A stretch of DNA of 64,000 nucleotides from Gammaproteobacteria bacterium. GTDB taxonomy: Bacteria > Pseudomonadota > Gammaproteobacteria > Eutrophobiales > Eutrophobiaceae. The notes under the pieces are model-generated. The model did not search any database. It saw only the letters and a list, made by a program, of their open reading frames with translations, and was not told where the DNA came from. A program made the position numbers and the translations under genes. Within the stretch, counting starts at the first letter, position 1, and each line of letters begins with the position of its first letter. Of this stretch, positions 53,883 to 64,000 are shown piece by piece. The DNA lies in NCBI GenBank assembly GCA_022826885.1, contig JAJDUB010000020.1, positions 6,140 through 70,139 on the forward strand, given 5' to 3'.

Positions 53883-54791
53883 CTAGGCTGCTTTCGCAGC
53901 GGGAAACACCCCGGCGCGGGTGAGCATGGCCGGCATGGACGCGCCCAGCGGGCCTTCCAGCCATTTTGCGGTCTCGATGATTTTGCTGATGTCGATGTCG
54001 GTCTCAAAACCCATGCGGTGGATCATGTACAGCAGGTCTTCGGTCGCCACGTTGCCGGTCGCAGCCGGGGCGAACGGGCAACCGCCCACGCCGCCGCAGC
54101 TCGCATCGAAGGACCTGACGCCTTCCTGGATGGCTGCATAGGTGTTCGCCACTGCAGTATTGCGGGTGTTGTGGAAATGGCAGCCCAGGATCAGGTCAGG
54201 TTCAAGAGTCCTGATACGCCTTATCATGGCGGCAACGTCTGAAGGGCCGGCGGCGCCGATGGTATCCGCCAGGGAAATTTCGTGATACCCCATTGCGGCG
54301 AGACGCTGTACCAGGTTTACGACTTTCTCCATCGGCATTTCGCCTTCGAAGGGACAACCGAACGCGGCGCTGATCGTCACGGCCTTGCCGATGCCGGCAG
54401 CCTCAACCTCCCTGGTAATCTTCGCGACCAGTTCCATGGTCTGTTCCGTGGTGGCGCCCTGGTTGCGGATACTGAACGTGTCAGAGGCCACCACTGCGCA
54501 TTTTACTTCATCGATGTTGCAGGCCATGGCCCGTTCGAAACCGCGCAGGTTCAGCGCCAGCCCGATATATGACACGTCGTCCCGTTGCGCCAGGCCGCGC
54601 ACCACCTCTTCCGCGTCCGCCATCTGCGGGACCCGCTTCGGGTTGACGAAACTGGCCACTTCCAGGCGCCGGACGCCGGCGTCTGTGAGCCGGTTAATCA
54701 ATTCCAGTTTGTGCTCGACGCTCAATGCCACCGGCTGGCTCTGCAGGCCGTCGCGGGGGCTGACGTCAACGATTTCGATAAAATCCGGCAT
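53883..54791 (-). CDS. Hydroxymethylglutaryl-CoA lyase-like (HMGL family) enzyme
   Basis: Trimmed to ATG 54791. IVDVSPRDGLQS, RRLEVASFVNPKRVPQMAD, LGCHFHNTRNTAVAN and GGCPFAP. Confidence 0.85.
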   Translation of the reverse strand: MPDFIEIVDVSPRDGLQSQPVALSVEHKLELINRLTDAGVRRLEVASFVNPKRVPQMADAEEVVRGLAQRDDVSYIGLALNLRGFERAMACNIDEVKCAVVASDTFSIRNQGATTEQTMELVAKITREVEAAGIGKAVTISAAFGCPFEGEMPMEKVVNLVQRLAAMGYHEISLADTIGAAGPSDVAAMIRRIRTLEPDLILGCHFHNTRNTAVANTYAAIQEGVRSFDASCGGVGGCPFAPAATGNVATEDLLYMIHRMGFETDIDISKIIETAKWLEGPLGASMPAMLTRAGVFPAAKAA

Positions 54792-54815
54792 TGCTGATTT
54801 CTCAAATATTCGGGC

Positions 54816-54830
54816 ATGATAATATATCAT
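54816..54830. promoter_or_regulatory. AT-rich palindrome between divergent HMGL-like and BBE-oxidase genes
   Basis: ATGATA-ATA-TATCAT, which reads TGATAATAT / TGATATATT (extended -10-like) on the two strands. Confidence 0.4.
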
Positions 54831-54862
54831 AGCCTGGCAAGCTGCTTCAGCGGGAGTGTCCC

Positions 54863-56338
54863 ATGATCATCAAACAATTGTCCCGTCGTCAATTCTCTGT
54901 TCTGGCCAGCCGGTTAGCCGCCGGTTTTGCCGCTTTTTCTTCGTTTGGCGGTTGCTCCGCGCCCTCCCCGGGTAACAAAACATTCAGTGACCTGGCAGCC
55001 AAAATCGCCGGAGACGTGATTACCAGGGACCATGAATCTTATGCCGAACGGCGGCGTAACCTGATCTGGCAACTGCGCAAGACGGACCGCAGGCCGGACG
55101 CGATAGTCCAGGCAACATCATTGGAAGACGTAATCAGCACCGTGAAGTTTGCCGCTCAGAACAGTATGAAAACAGGCATCCGAACCGGCGGCCATAGTTG
55201 GGTCCATTCCTCAGTCCGTGACGGAGGCATCGTGTTGGACATGAGCCGTTTTCGTGACCTTGCGGTCGATGCCGAAAACAAAACGGCTGTCGTCGGTCCG
55301 GCAATATATGCCCGGGAACTGGCGGCAGTGCTCGGCCGGCAGGGTCTGGGATTCCCCATGGCCCACTGCAGTACCGTGCCCCTGGGAGGGTACCTGCTGG
55401 GCGGCGGACAGGGCTGGAACTGGGGTTCATGGGGCGGGGCTGCCTGTAACAGCGTGCTGGGGCTTGAGGCGGTCACGGCAGACGGGGAACCGGTACGCGT
55501 TGATGAAAAAAACCATCCCGACCTGCTCTGGGCCGCGCGCGGGTCCGGCCCCGGGTTTCCGGCAGTAGTGACGAACTATCACCTGAAACTGTATCCACTA
55601 CCCCGGGCGATTCACCTGAGCAGCCATACCTGGCCGTTGCAGGATACCCTGGCCGTGTCCGAATGGCTGCCGGAGGTCGGTCTGGCCCTAGCGGACAAGG
55701 TGGAGCTGTTCATGTTCCTGCTGGGTCTGCCGGAACCGGTAGACGGCGCAAGCAAGGTTGTCAATGTGACCGCGGTCGCATTTGCCGACACGGAGAAAGA
55801 GGCGCGGGAACTCCTCTCACCCATATCCGCAACCCGTCCCGCGGCAAAACCGATCATGTCGGAAGAGGTCAAACCTGTCATGTTCGATGACCTGTTCAAC
55901 CTCGTCGATCTTTCCTTCCCTCCATGCCGGACTGCAGCCGACACGTTTTATTTCGATATCTCCATGCGGGATGTCATGGAGAAATATGTCGACCACTTCG
56001 CCACTGCGCCATCGCCGATGTCAAACGTGTTGTGCGAAGTCAAACCCAAACCGATCCACCTCCCCGATACGGCATATTCCATGCGGCGCCTCACGTTCCT
56101 CTCACCCTACTCATTCTGGATGGATGAAAACGAGGACGAGCAGAACATCGCCTGGATGAGGCGGACGCAGGAGATACTGGCGCCGCTGTCCGTGGGCCAT
56201 TTCGTCAGCGAGGCCGATCTTGAGGCGAGTCCGACGCGCTCCGAGCGTTCCTTCAGCCAGGCAAACTGGCAGAAAATACAAGCGCTAAAAAACAAATATG
56301 ACCCCAATGGGGTATTCCATACCTTCCTCGGACACTGA
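54863..56338 (+). CDS. Tat-exported FAD-linked oxidase with BBE-like C-terminus, probable lipoprotein
   Basis: LSRRQFSVLASRLAAGFAAFSSFGGCS (twin-Arg plus lipobox-like GGC). IVQATSLEDVISTVKFAAQNSMKTGIRTGGHSW. C-terminal KYDPNGVFHTFLG. Confidence 0.8.
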   Translation: MIIKQLSRRQFSVLASRLAAGFAAFSSFGGCSAPSPGNKTFSDLAAKIAGDVITRDHESYAERRRNLIWQLRKTDRRPDAIVQATSLEDVISTVKFAAQNSMKTGIRTGGHSWVHSSVRDGGIVLDMSRFRDLAVDAENKTAVVGPAIYARELAAVLGRQGLGFPMAHCSTVPLGGYLLGGGQGWNWGSWGGAACNSVLGLEAVTADGEPVRVDEKNHPDLLWAARGSGPGFPAVVTNYHLKLYPLPRAIHLSSHTWPLQDTLAVSEWLPEVGLALADKVELFMFLLGLPEPVDGASKVVNVTAVAFADTEKEARELLSPISATRPAAKPIMSEEVKPVMFDDLFNLVDLSFPPCRTAADTFYFDISMRDVMEKYVDHFATAPSPMSNVLCEVKPKPIHLPDTAYSMRRLTFLSPYSFWMDENEDEQNIAWMRRTQEILAPLSVGHFVSEADLEASPTRSERSFSQANWQKIQALKNKYDPNGVFHTFLGH

Positions 56339-56348
56339 CCAGGGCAGG

Positions 56349-57404
56349 ATGAAGATTTGCGTGATCATGCTCGCCAGGAAGTTCGGCGGGGCGGAAAGGT
56401 TCTACGTGGACCTGACCAACGGTCTGGTGCGCCGCGGCCATGAGGTCCTCGCTATCTCCAATGTTCGCTCCAAGGCCGCGCTGCGCCTTGAAAAGCGGGC
56501 GAACCTGCAATGCGGGTCGGTCCGGGTGCTGGGTCCGTGGGATCCGCTGGCGCCCCGGAATATCCTGAAACTGGTCCGGGATTTCGCGCCGGACATCATA
56601 CAGACATCACTGGGACGCGCGGCCCACCTGGCAGGTCCGGCAGCGCGCCAACTCAACATCCCGCTGGTTGCCCACACCCATGATTTCGTGGACCTGAAAT
56701 ATTTCCGGAGCGCAACCGTTTTTACCCCTACCACCCGGGCGCAACGGGATTACCTGGCGAACCAGGGCATTGGCGCCGGGAATATCCGGTTGATTCCCAA
56801 TTTCTCCAGTTTCCCCCCAGTAACCGAAATCAACTGCCAACCGGAAGTAAGGAAAATAGTGGCGCATGGCAGGTTCGTGCATAAAAAAGGCTTTGACATG
56901 CTGCTGCGCAGTTTCGGCCGGCTGGCGGGTGAGAATATGCGCCTGTATCTCGCGGGGGACGGCGCCGAGCGGCGCCGGCTCATGGACCTCGCTGCGGCAC
57001 TGAACCTGGGCGACAAGGTCTGTTTTGCCGGCTGGCAGGACGACATACGCAGCTTCCTGCTCAAGGGCGACCTGTTCGTGCTGCCCTCCAGGTATGAACC
57101 TTTCGGCATCGCAGTGCTGGAGGCAATGGCCTGCGGCATACCCATCATCGCGACAAAATGCCACGGCCCGGTGGAAATCCTGGATAACGACAGCGCCTGG
57201 CTTTGCGATGCAGATGAGGATGCGCTAACCGCCGCGCTGGAAACGGCAATCAGTGACCCGGACGGGCGCCGGCAGCGGGCGCTAACGGCATGGACGTCTT
57301 TCCGGGAACGCTACGCCGCCGACCGGGTGATCCCGGAATTTGAAAACCTGTATGAAAGTGTGCGCACACGAGAGGGGACGGATTTGAAATCCGCCCCCGC
57401 TTAA
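56349..57404 (+). CDS. Glycosyltransferase family 4 (GT-B, LPS/polysaccharide)
   Basis: Trimmed to ATG 56349 (MKICVIMLARKFGGAERF...). E-x7-E region PSRYEPFGIAVLEAMACGIPIIAT. The last 9 codons come from a family-A repeat. Confidence 0.85.
   Translation: MKICVIMLARKFGGAERFYVDLTNGLVRRGHEVLAISNVRSKAALRLEKRANLQCGSVRVLGPWDPLAPRNILKLVRDFAPDIIQTSLGRAAHLAGPAARQLNIPLVAHTHDFVDLKYFRSATVFTPTTRAQRDYLANQGIGAGNIRLIPNFSSFPPVTEINCQPEVRKIVAHGRFVHKKGFDMLLRSFGRLAGENMRLYLAGDGAERRRLMDLAAALNLGDKVCFAGWQDDIRSFLLKGDLFVLPSRYEPFGIAVLEAMACGIPIIATKCHGPVEILDNDSAWLCDADEDALTAALETAISDPDGRRQRALTAWTSFRERYAADRVIPEFENLYESVRTREGTDLKSAPA
57374..57398. repeat. REP-like palindromic element, family A (one mismatch), inside the glycosyltransferase 3' end
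   Basis: GGGGACGGATTTGAAATCCGCCCCC, which encodes ...GTDLKSAP. Confidence 0.8.
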
Positions 57405-58651
57405 CTCTGCCGGGGCAGAACCGCGGCCAGCACGCAGGCGATAAGCAGCCACAGGAAACCGCTCCAGTAGGAACCGTAAAAAGCCAGGTGTGCATTCAAC
57501 GGGAAGGTCGCCGCCAGCAGCGCCGCCGTCCAGGCGCCGTTGATCGTGGAATGTCTCCCCCGCCACCAGTATCGCAGTATGACGAGATAGAACAGGATAA
57601 ACCCGGCCAGCCCTATCACCCCGGTCTCGACAGCGATCTCCAGAAAAACCAGGTGCGGGTGGGTCTGGCCGTCCTGCCCCTGGCGCACGAAGTAGTTGTC
57701 ATCTTCCGCATAGTCCCTGTATGCGTAGCGGAAACCTCTCGGCCCGACCCCGTTCAGCCAGTTATCCCGAAACATGTTCCCGGCCGTATCCCAGATCGGC
57801 GTGCGCATGGACGTCGCCCGTTCGGCCTGGTATTCGCTGCCCAGAATGCCGGTCAGCAACACGATGCGGCGATTGATGTCCGGGCTCTTGAAATACATGG
57901 TGCCGACTAGCACGGCGGCAACGCACAAGGCGCCCGCGATGATATACCTCGCCCTGGAGGATAAGGAGATAAAGACCAGGGGCAAATAGGCGGACAAGCC
58001 GATTATCAACATAAGCCATGCGCTCCTCCTGCCGCTCAAAAGCACCACCACGGTGAACGGGATCAGCAGCAGCCACGGGTATAGGCTGTCCCGGTTGACA
58101 TTCCTGACAGTCTCCAGGGCAATGGGCACCAGCACGGCAAGAATGATGCCCAGACGCAGTTTCGGGTAGAACATGCCGCTCAACATGCCGTCCTGGTAGG
58201 GGTACCCGAGCAGGTTTGTTCCCGTGGCGTACTGGACCAGCGCATCCACGCACCAGAAAACGACAATGAGCAGCAGCGCCAGGGACAGGCGCGTGAGATT
58301 GCCGGGGCGAGCCAGTTCGCGCAGGATGAAGACCCCGCAAAACAGGTACAGGGGGTATAACGAGGCGATTCTCGCCGAGCGTTCCAGGTTCACCACGCCG
58401 ACCAGTGAAACAAGTTGCGGCAACCACAGGCATAAGAACAGAAACAGCAAAACCCGCTGCGTCCTGTCACGGTATATCGATTGCGGTTCCCGCCCGACCC
58501 GGTAAATCCCCAGCGCCGCCATCATTGCCAGCGGGACCAGGGACAGGGTATCGGTCGACAACAGCAATACTGCGGCCGCTACCAGCATCCAGGCGTGGTT
58601 GTCGGCCAGGTACCGGCCAATGGAACTGATACTGTTAAGAGACTTTGTCAT
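57401..58651 (-). CDS. O-antigen ligase (WaaL / Wzy_C domain)-like membrane protein
   Basis: 416 aa and polytopic, with a large loop carrying WLNGVGPRGFRYAYRDY...GQTHPHLVFLEIAVETGVIG, typical of Wzy_C. Its 3' end overlaps the convergent glycosyltransferase by 4 nt. Confidence 0.7.
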   Translation of the reverse strand: MTKSLNSISSIGRYLADNHAWMLVAAAVLLLSTDTLSLVPLAMMAALGIYRVGREPQSIYRDRTQRVLLFLFLCLWLPQLVSLVGVVNLERSARIASLYPLYLFCGVFILRELARPGNLTRLSLALLLIVVFWCVDALVQYATGTNLLGYPYQDGMLSGMFYPKLRLGIILAVLVPIALETVRNVNRDSLYPWLLLIPFTVVVLLSGRRSAWLMLIIGLSAYLPLVFISLSSRARYIIAGALCVAAVLVGTMYFKSPDINRRIVLLTGILGSEYQAERATSMRTPIWDTAGNMFRDNWLNGVGPRGFRYAYRDYAEDDNYFVRQGQDGQTHPHLVFLEIAVETGVIGLAGFILFYLVILRYWWRGRHSTINGAWTAALLAATFPLNAHLAFYGSYWSGFLWLLIACVLAAVLPRQS

Positions 58652-58674
58652 TGGCTTTATGGCAAAACATGCGG

Positions 58675-60830
<2,156 letters not shown>

Positions 60831-60918
60831 GACCGGGGAGTGTAACAAATGAGATGAAACTGTTTAACAAATCCGCCAGTTTCCTTATACTTGGCAGTCC
60901 TTCATTCCATTATCAAAA

Positions 60919-61005
60919 GCCGGGGTGGCGGAACTGGTAGACGCGCCGGATTCAAAATCCGGTTCTGGCAACAGAGTGAGAGTTCGAGTCTCTCTCCCGG
61001 CACCA
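60919..61005 (+). tRNA. tRNA-Leu (anticodon CAA), type II with long variable arm, CCA encoded
   Basis: GCCGGGGTGGCGGAACTGGTAGACGCGCCGGATTCAAAATCCGG...GAGAGTTCGAGTCTCTCTCCCGGCACCA. The acceptor stem pairs, the anticodon loop is TTCAAAA, and the T-loop is GTTCGAGTC. Resembles E. coli tRNA-Leu(CAA). Confidence 0.9.
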
Positions 61006-61086
61006 TCATCACTTTTTCACGATTGAGCAGCGTCTTCACACACATCCGGCGGCAAGCATGTTAACATTGCTAAAAGCCAATCCCTT

Positions 61087-62007
61087 ATGTCCGTACCTGC
61101 CAAACCAGACAACAGTCTGTTCCGATCCCGTACCGGTCTATACGCCTGCCTGGTGCTGACCCTGGCTTCGGCGGCGTTTGCCTTTGCCCACGTTGTGGGG
61201 CGCGGGGTTCATATCGAAGTACCGCCGGTGGGGCTGTCTTTCTGGCGCTGGCTGCTGGGGGCATTCGCCCTGTTGCCGTTCATCTATCCTGGATTGAAAA
61301 AGAATGCGCCGGCCATACGCAAGCATATCCGGCCGCTCACCATGCTCGGCGGCATCATGATTGCGAGTGCGACCCTGTTAATGATCGGCCTGAACTTCAC
61401 AACGGCGATCAACGGCTCCATCATCAATGCCATACAGCCGGTATCCACGGTGTTGCTGGCCATGCTGATCCTGCACGACAGGCTGCGCCTGTCACAGTTC
61501 TGCGGCGTTGCGGTTGGGTTCATTGGCGTCACAGCCATGATGACCGGCATGGAACTGGAGCCAACACTTCTGCGCGTGAAATTCGACTTGGGAGGCTTTC
61601 TGATACTGCTGGGTTCTGTGGGATACTCTCTCTATGCGATCAACCTGAGGAAAATCCCGAATACCCTGAGCCCACCTGTAGCGCTGTTCATAATCATCGT
61701 GACGGGCTGTGTCATCGTGCTCCCGTTCTATGTCATTGAAACACTTGTCTACAAACCGGTACCGATCAGCGCGAACGCAATCTACGCCATTGTCGCCCTG
61801 TCATTGGTGTCAACCGTATTCGGAACGCTGATGTGGAACCTGGGAAACCAGCTCATCGGGCCGAGCCGGGCCGGCATGTTCATCAACCTGATTCCCGTCT
61901 TTGCAGCAGCCATGGCAATCCTGTTCCTGAATGAACGCCTGCACCTCTACCACATCATCTGCGCAGCGCTGATCTGCATCGGTATATTTATGGTATTGAG
62001 GCGATGA
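61087..62007 (+). CDS. DMT-superfamily (EamA-type) transporter
   Basis: 306 aa with about 10 TM segments in two EamA-like halves. Confidence 0.75.
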   Translation: MSVPAKPDNSLFRSRTGLYACLVLTLASAAFAFAHVVGRGVHIEVPPVGLSFWRWLLGAFALLPFIYPGLKKNAPAIRKHIRPLTMLGGIMIASATLLMIGLNFTTAINGSIINAIQPVSTVLLAMLILHDRLRLSQFCGVAVGFIGVTAMMTGMELEPTLLRVKFDLGGFLILLGSVGYSLYAINLRKIPNTLSPPVALFIIIVTGCVIVLPFYVIETLVYKPVPISANAIYAIVALSLVSTVFGTLMWNLGNQLIGPSRAGMFINLIPVFAAAMAILFLNERLHLYHIICAALICIGIFMVLRR

Positions 62008-62281
62008 ATAGCATACGCTTTTATACTTTTTTGAGATGTTGCTTTATATGTTCAATTACATTTTTCATATTTGGAATTTAACTTATGTAACTGATTCTTC
62101 CAACAAATCCACCCTGGTTCAATCAGCTACGGAGATGGCGCTGGTGTGTGATCACTTCAGCCAGGTATCCACGGTTGAAAAATCGCATGAGTATTTCGAT
62201 GCTGAAGGTCTGCTGGAATTGGCGCTGAAATTGCAGGAAACCGTGGTTGATCTGCATACAGGCCGGTGTTAGCCTGGCCGC

Positions 62282-63106
62282 ATGCCTTGGACGAGTGCCG
62301 AGAACGACCAGATTGTCGCCGACTATTTCGAGATGCTGAAGGCCGACATTGCAGGAAGATACTATAACAAGGCCGAGCATAACCGAAATCTGCAGGAGCG
62401 AATTAATCGCGAGCGTGGCGCGATCGAATACAAGCACCAGAACATCAGCGCCGTTTTGATGACTCTGGGTGAACCTTGGATTCCCGGTTATAAACCCGCT
62501 TTTAATTTCCAGATGTCACTCGTCGATGCCGTGCTGCGTTGGCTGAGTGACGATAAAGAATATTTACACACACTGCCTGATGTGAGCAACGTCACTGGTG
62601 TCCGGGACACAGTCGAGTTCCAGGTAGGCCCACCGCCAACTCCAAGCAGCCAGCTAGCGCGGGAAGAATTCAAAAAAACACGGGAGGTCACACGATATTG
62701 TGATGTCGCGGGGCGGATTGAACGCAACCGTATCCTGGGTAACGCCGGAGAAGAGCGTGTATTTTCATATGAGATGGCAACCCTTATGGCAGCGGACCGT
62801 TATGACCTGGCGGAACAGGTAAGATGGGTGTCCAGGGATGAAAGCGATGGAGCTGGATACGACATTGCGAGCTTCTCGCCAGACGGAAAACCCCGACTCA
62901 TTGAGGTAAAGACCACGAACGGCTGGGAGCGCACACCTTTTTATATCACGCGAAACGAACTGGCAGTGGCGGAAAGGAAACCCGATGAGTGGCAACTGCT
63001 GAGATTGTGGAACTTCGCGCGTGCTCCCCGGGCGTTTGAACTGCATCCGCCTCTCGACAGGTACGTATCGTTGGACGCAACCAGCTATCAGGCTAGCTTC
63101 CTCTGA
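62282..63106 (+). CDS. DUF3883-type protein with PD-(D/E)xK nuclease-like C-terminal domain
   Basis: C-terminus GEERVFSYE...SDGAGYDIASFSPDGKPRLIEVKTTNG...FYITRNELAVAE...WQLLRLWNF matches the DUF3883 pattern (D...E-V-K). The region is AT-richer than the upstream genes. Confidence 0.6.
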   Translation: MPWTSAENDQIVADYFEMLKADIAGRYYNKAEHNRNLQERINRERGAIEYKHQNISAVLMTLGEPWIPGYKPAFNFQMSLVDAVLRWLSDDKEYLHTLPDVSNVTGVRDTVEFQVGPPPTPSSQLAREEFKKTREVTRYCDVAGRIERNRILGNAGEERVFSYEMATLMAADRYDLAEQVRWVSRDESDGAGYDIASFSPDGKPRLIEVKTTNGWERTPFYITRNELAVAERKPDEWQLLRLWNFARAPRAFELHPPLDRYVSLDATSYQASFL

Positions 63107-63504
63107 TACATACCCGTTAGAGACTTAAACAAAACTTCTAAAGTTAATCCGGCACCAGTATAAACAAAAAGCCCTTGGGTTCGGCTTCTCCGCTCTGGCC
63201 GGACTTTGACTAAGGTAATGATGTTTCCCGCTGTTGGATGAGTTTCCGATGTTTTAACAACATTATCTACAGAGCAGTCATCATCTGCAGAATGTTTGAA
63301 ACGAGTATCTGTATGGAATGGAAGCAATTGGGAGTTTGAACATGATGGCCCCTGCGGTTCATACCTTGATGGATCAGATGAAGCAATTGCGAGGCGAGGA
63401 CCGTTTCCTTTTGGGGATGCTATATCTCCACTTTTACTTGCCGGATAGCGGGAATTAGTGTAAACAGATTATAATTGTATTATTCTCTGTTGAGGAGGCG
63501 CGAA

Positions 63505-63780
63505 ATGTTTCAAAGTTCAGATATACATACGGTTACTGAATTCAGCCGCAAACCGGCGGAACATATTAAACGGTTGAGTGAAAGCAAACGCCCGGAACTT
63601 TTGACAGTTAACGGCAAGGCTGCCGTGGTTGTCCAGGATGCCGAAACCTACGAGAAGATGGCGACATTGGCAGAGTATGCCGAGAGTGTACAAAGTATCC
63701 GGCAGGCCATGGCAGAACGAGGACGGCCGCTGGACGAATTCACTGCTGAGTTTGAGGCCAGGCACGGTATCAGTCGTTGA
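63505..63780 (+). CDS. Type II antitoxin, Phd/YefM family
   Basis: Trimmed to ATG 63505 after GAGGAGG. TVTEFSRKPAEHIKRLSESKRPELLTVNGKAAVVVQDAETYEKM is the Phd/YefM N-terminal pattern. Confidence 0.8.
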   Translation: MFQSSDIHTVTEFSRKPAEHIKRLSESKRPELLTVNGKAAVVVQDAETYEKMATLAEYAESVQSIRQAMAERGRPLDEFTAEFEARHGISR

Positions 63781-64000
63781 AAAAGTATCGTATTGACATT
63801 AAGCCGACTGCAGAAAATGACCTGATACGCCGATACCGGCAAATTGCTGAAGACTCACCGCAAAATGCAGTGAATTGGTATCTCCAGATTATAGATGCGA
63901 TTGAGAAGTTGGATATATTAGCTGAGCGTTGTCCAATAGCGCCGGAAGATGCGGACATCCAAAAGGGGATACGCCATTTAGTGATTGGTGATTACCGGGC
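63777..64000 (+). CDS. Type II toxin, ParE/RelE superfamily (partial; runs off the right edge)
   Basis: Not in the ORF track. TTG 63777 overlaps the antitoxin TGA (TTGA). (M)KKYRIDIKPTAENDLIRRYRQIAEDSPQNAVNWYLQIIDAIEKLDILAERCPIAPED...IRHLVIGDYR fits the ParE pattern. Confidence 0.7.
   Translation, partial: MKKYRIDIKPTAENDLIRRYRQIAEDSPQNAVNWYLQIIDAIEKLDILAERCPIAPEDADIQKGIRHLVIGDYR

Noticed and set aside
62036-62272. A 78-aa ORF in the same frame as the DUF3883 gene, separated by a single TAG (62270-62272). I considered a split gene or stop-codon readthrough.
   Set aside because: The DUF3883-type protein begins with the family-typical N-terminus (PWTSAENDQIVADYFEML...) right at ATG 62282. The upstream ORF is AT-rich with an implausible N-terminal half. 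Sharing a frame has a one-in-three chance.
63149-63157. A 9-nt match (CCGGCACCA) to the 3' end of tRNA-Leu, as a possible island att repeat.
   Set aside because: A 9-mer match is expected by chance at roughly this frequency in 64 kb. No integrase lies between the tRNA and the match, and the TA module lies outside it. This is too weak to call an attachment site.

Overview
This is a 64-kb chromosomal segment from a high-GC Gram-negative bacterium. A marine gammaproteobacterium is my guess, inferred from E. coli-like Tgt/QueA/tRNA-Leu(CAA) and the load of TonB-dependent receptors and TRAP, NSS and MFS carriers. I support about 60 protein genes and one tRNA. One short block is housekeeping (56.3-61.0 kb: LPS glycosyltransferase, O-antigen-ligase-like protein, tgt, queA, tRNA-Leu). 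A small AT-richer islet follows the tRNA (DMT transporter, DUF3883-type nuclease-fold protein, Phd/YefM-ParE module cut by the right edge). The rest (1-56.3 kb) is a dense accessory catabolic supercluster whose substrate I cannot assign. It holds a GntR regulator, an HyuA-like gene and a dihydropyrimidinase-like cyclic amidohydrolase, LeuCD-like dehydratase subunits, a family III CoA-transferase, a TRAP system feeding a ten-gene operon, two TonB-dependent receptors, four MFS/GPH carriers, and many Tat/Sec-exported flavin oxidases, bicupins and VOC-fold proteins. Several uncommon protein types recur as diverged paralog pairs. The main observations are these. (1) The paralog-module architecture itself. 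(2) A DCase-like C-N hydrolase whose Glu-Lys-Cys triad reads Glu-Arg-Ser. (3) Internally duplicated alpha/beta-hydrolase-fold proteins with no G-x-S-x-G. (4) A bicupin with a 49-residue His-rich tail. (5) Two families of short perfect palindromic (REP-like) elements, one of which supplies the C-terminal codons of two unrelated genes. (6) An AT-rich palindromic promoter/operator-like motif shared by about ten promoter regions. (7) A 59-bp tandem promoter duplication upstream of a TonB receptor. Functional calls rest on motifs read by eye and remembered family signatures. No database search was possible, and start codons are predictions.
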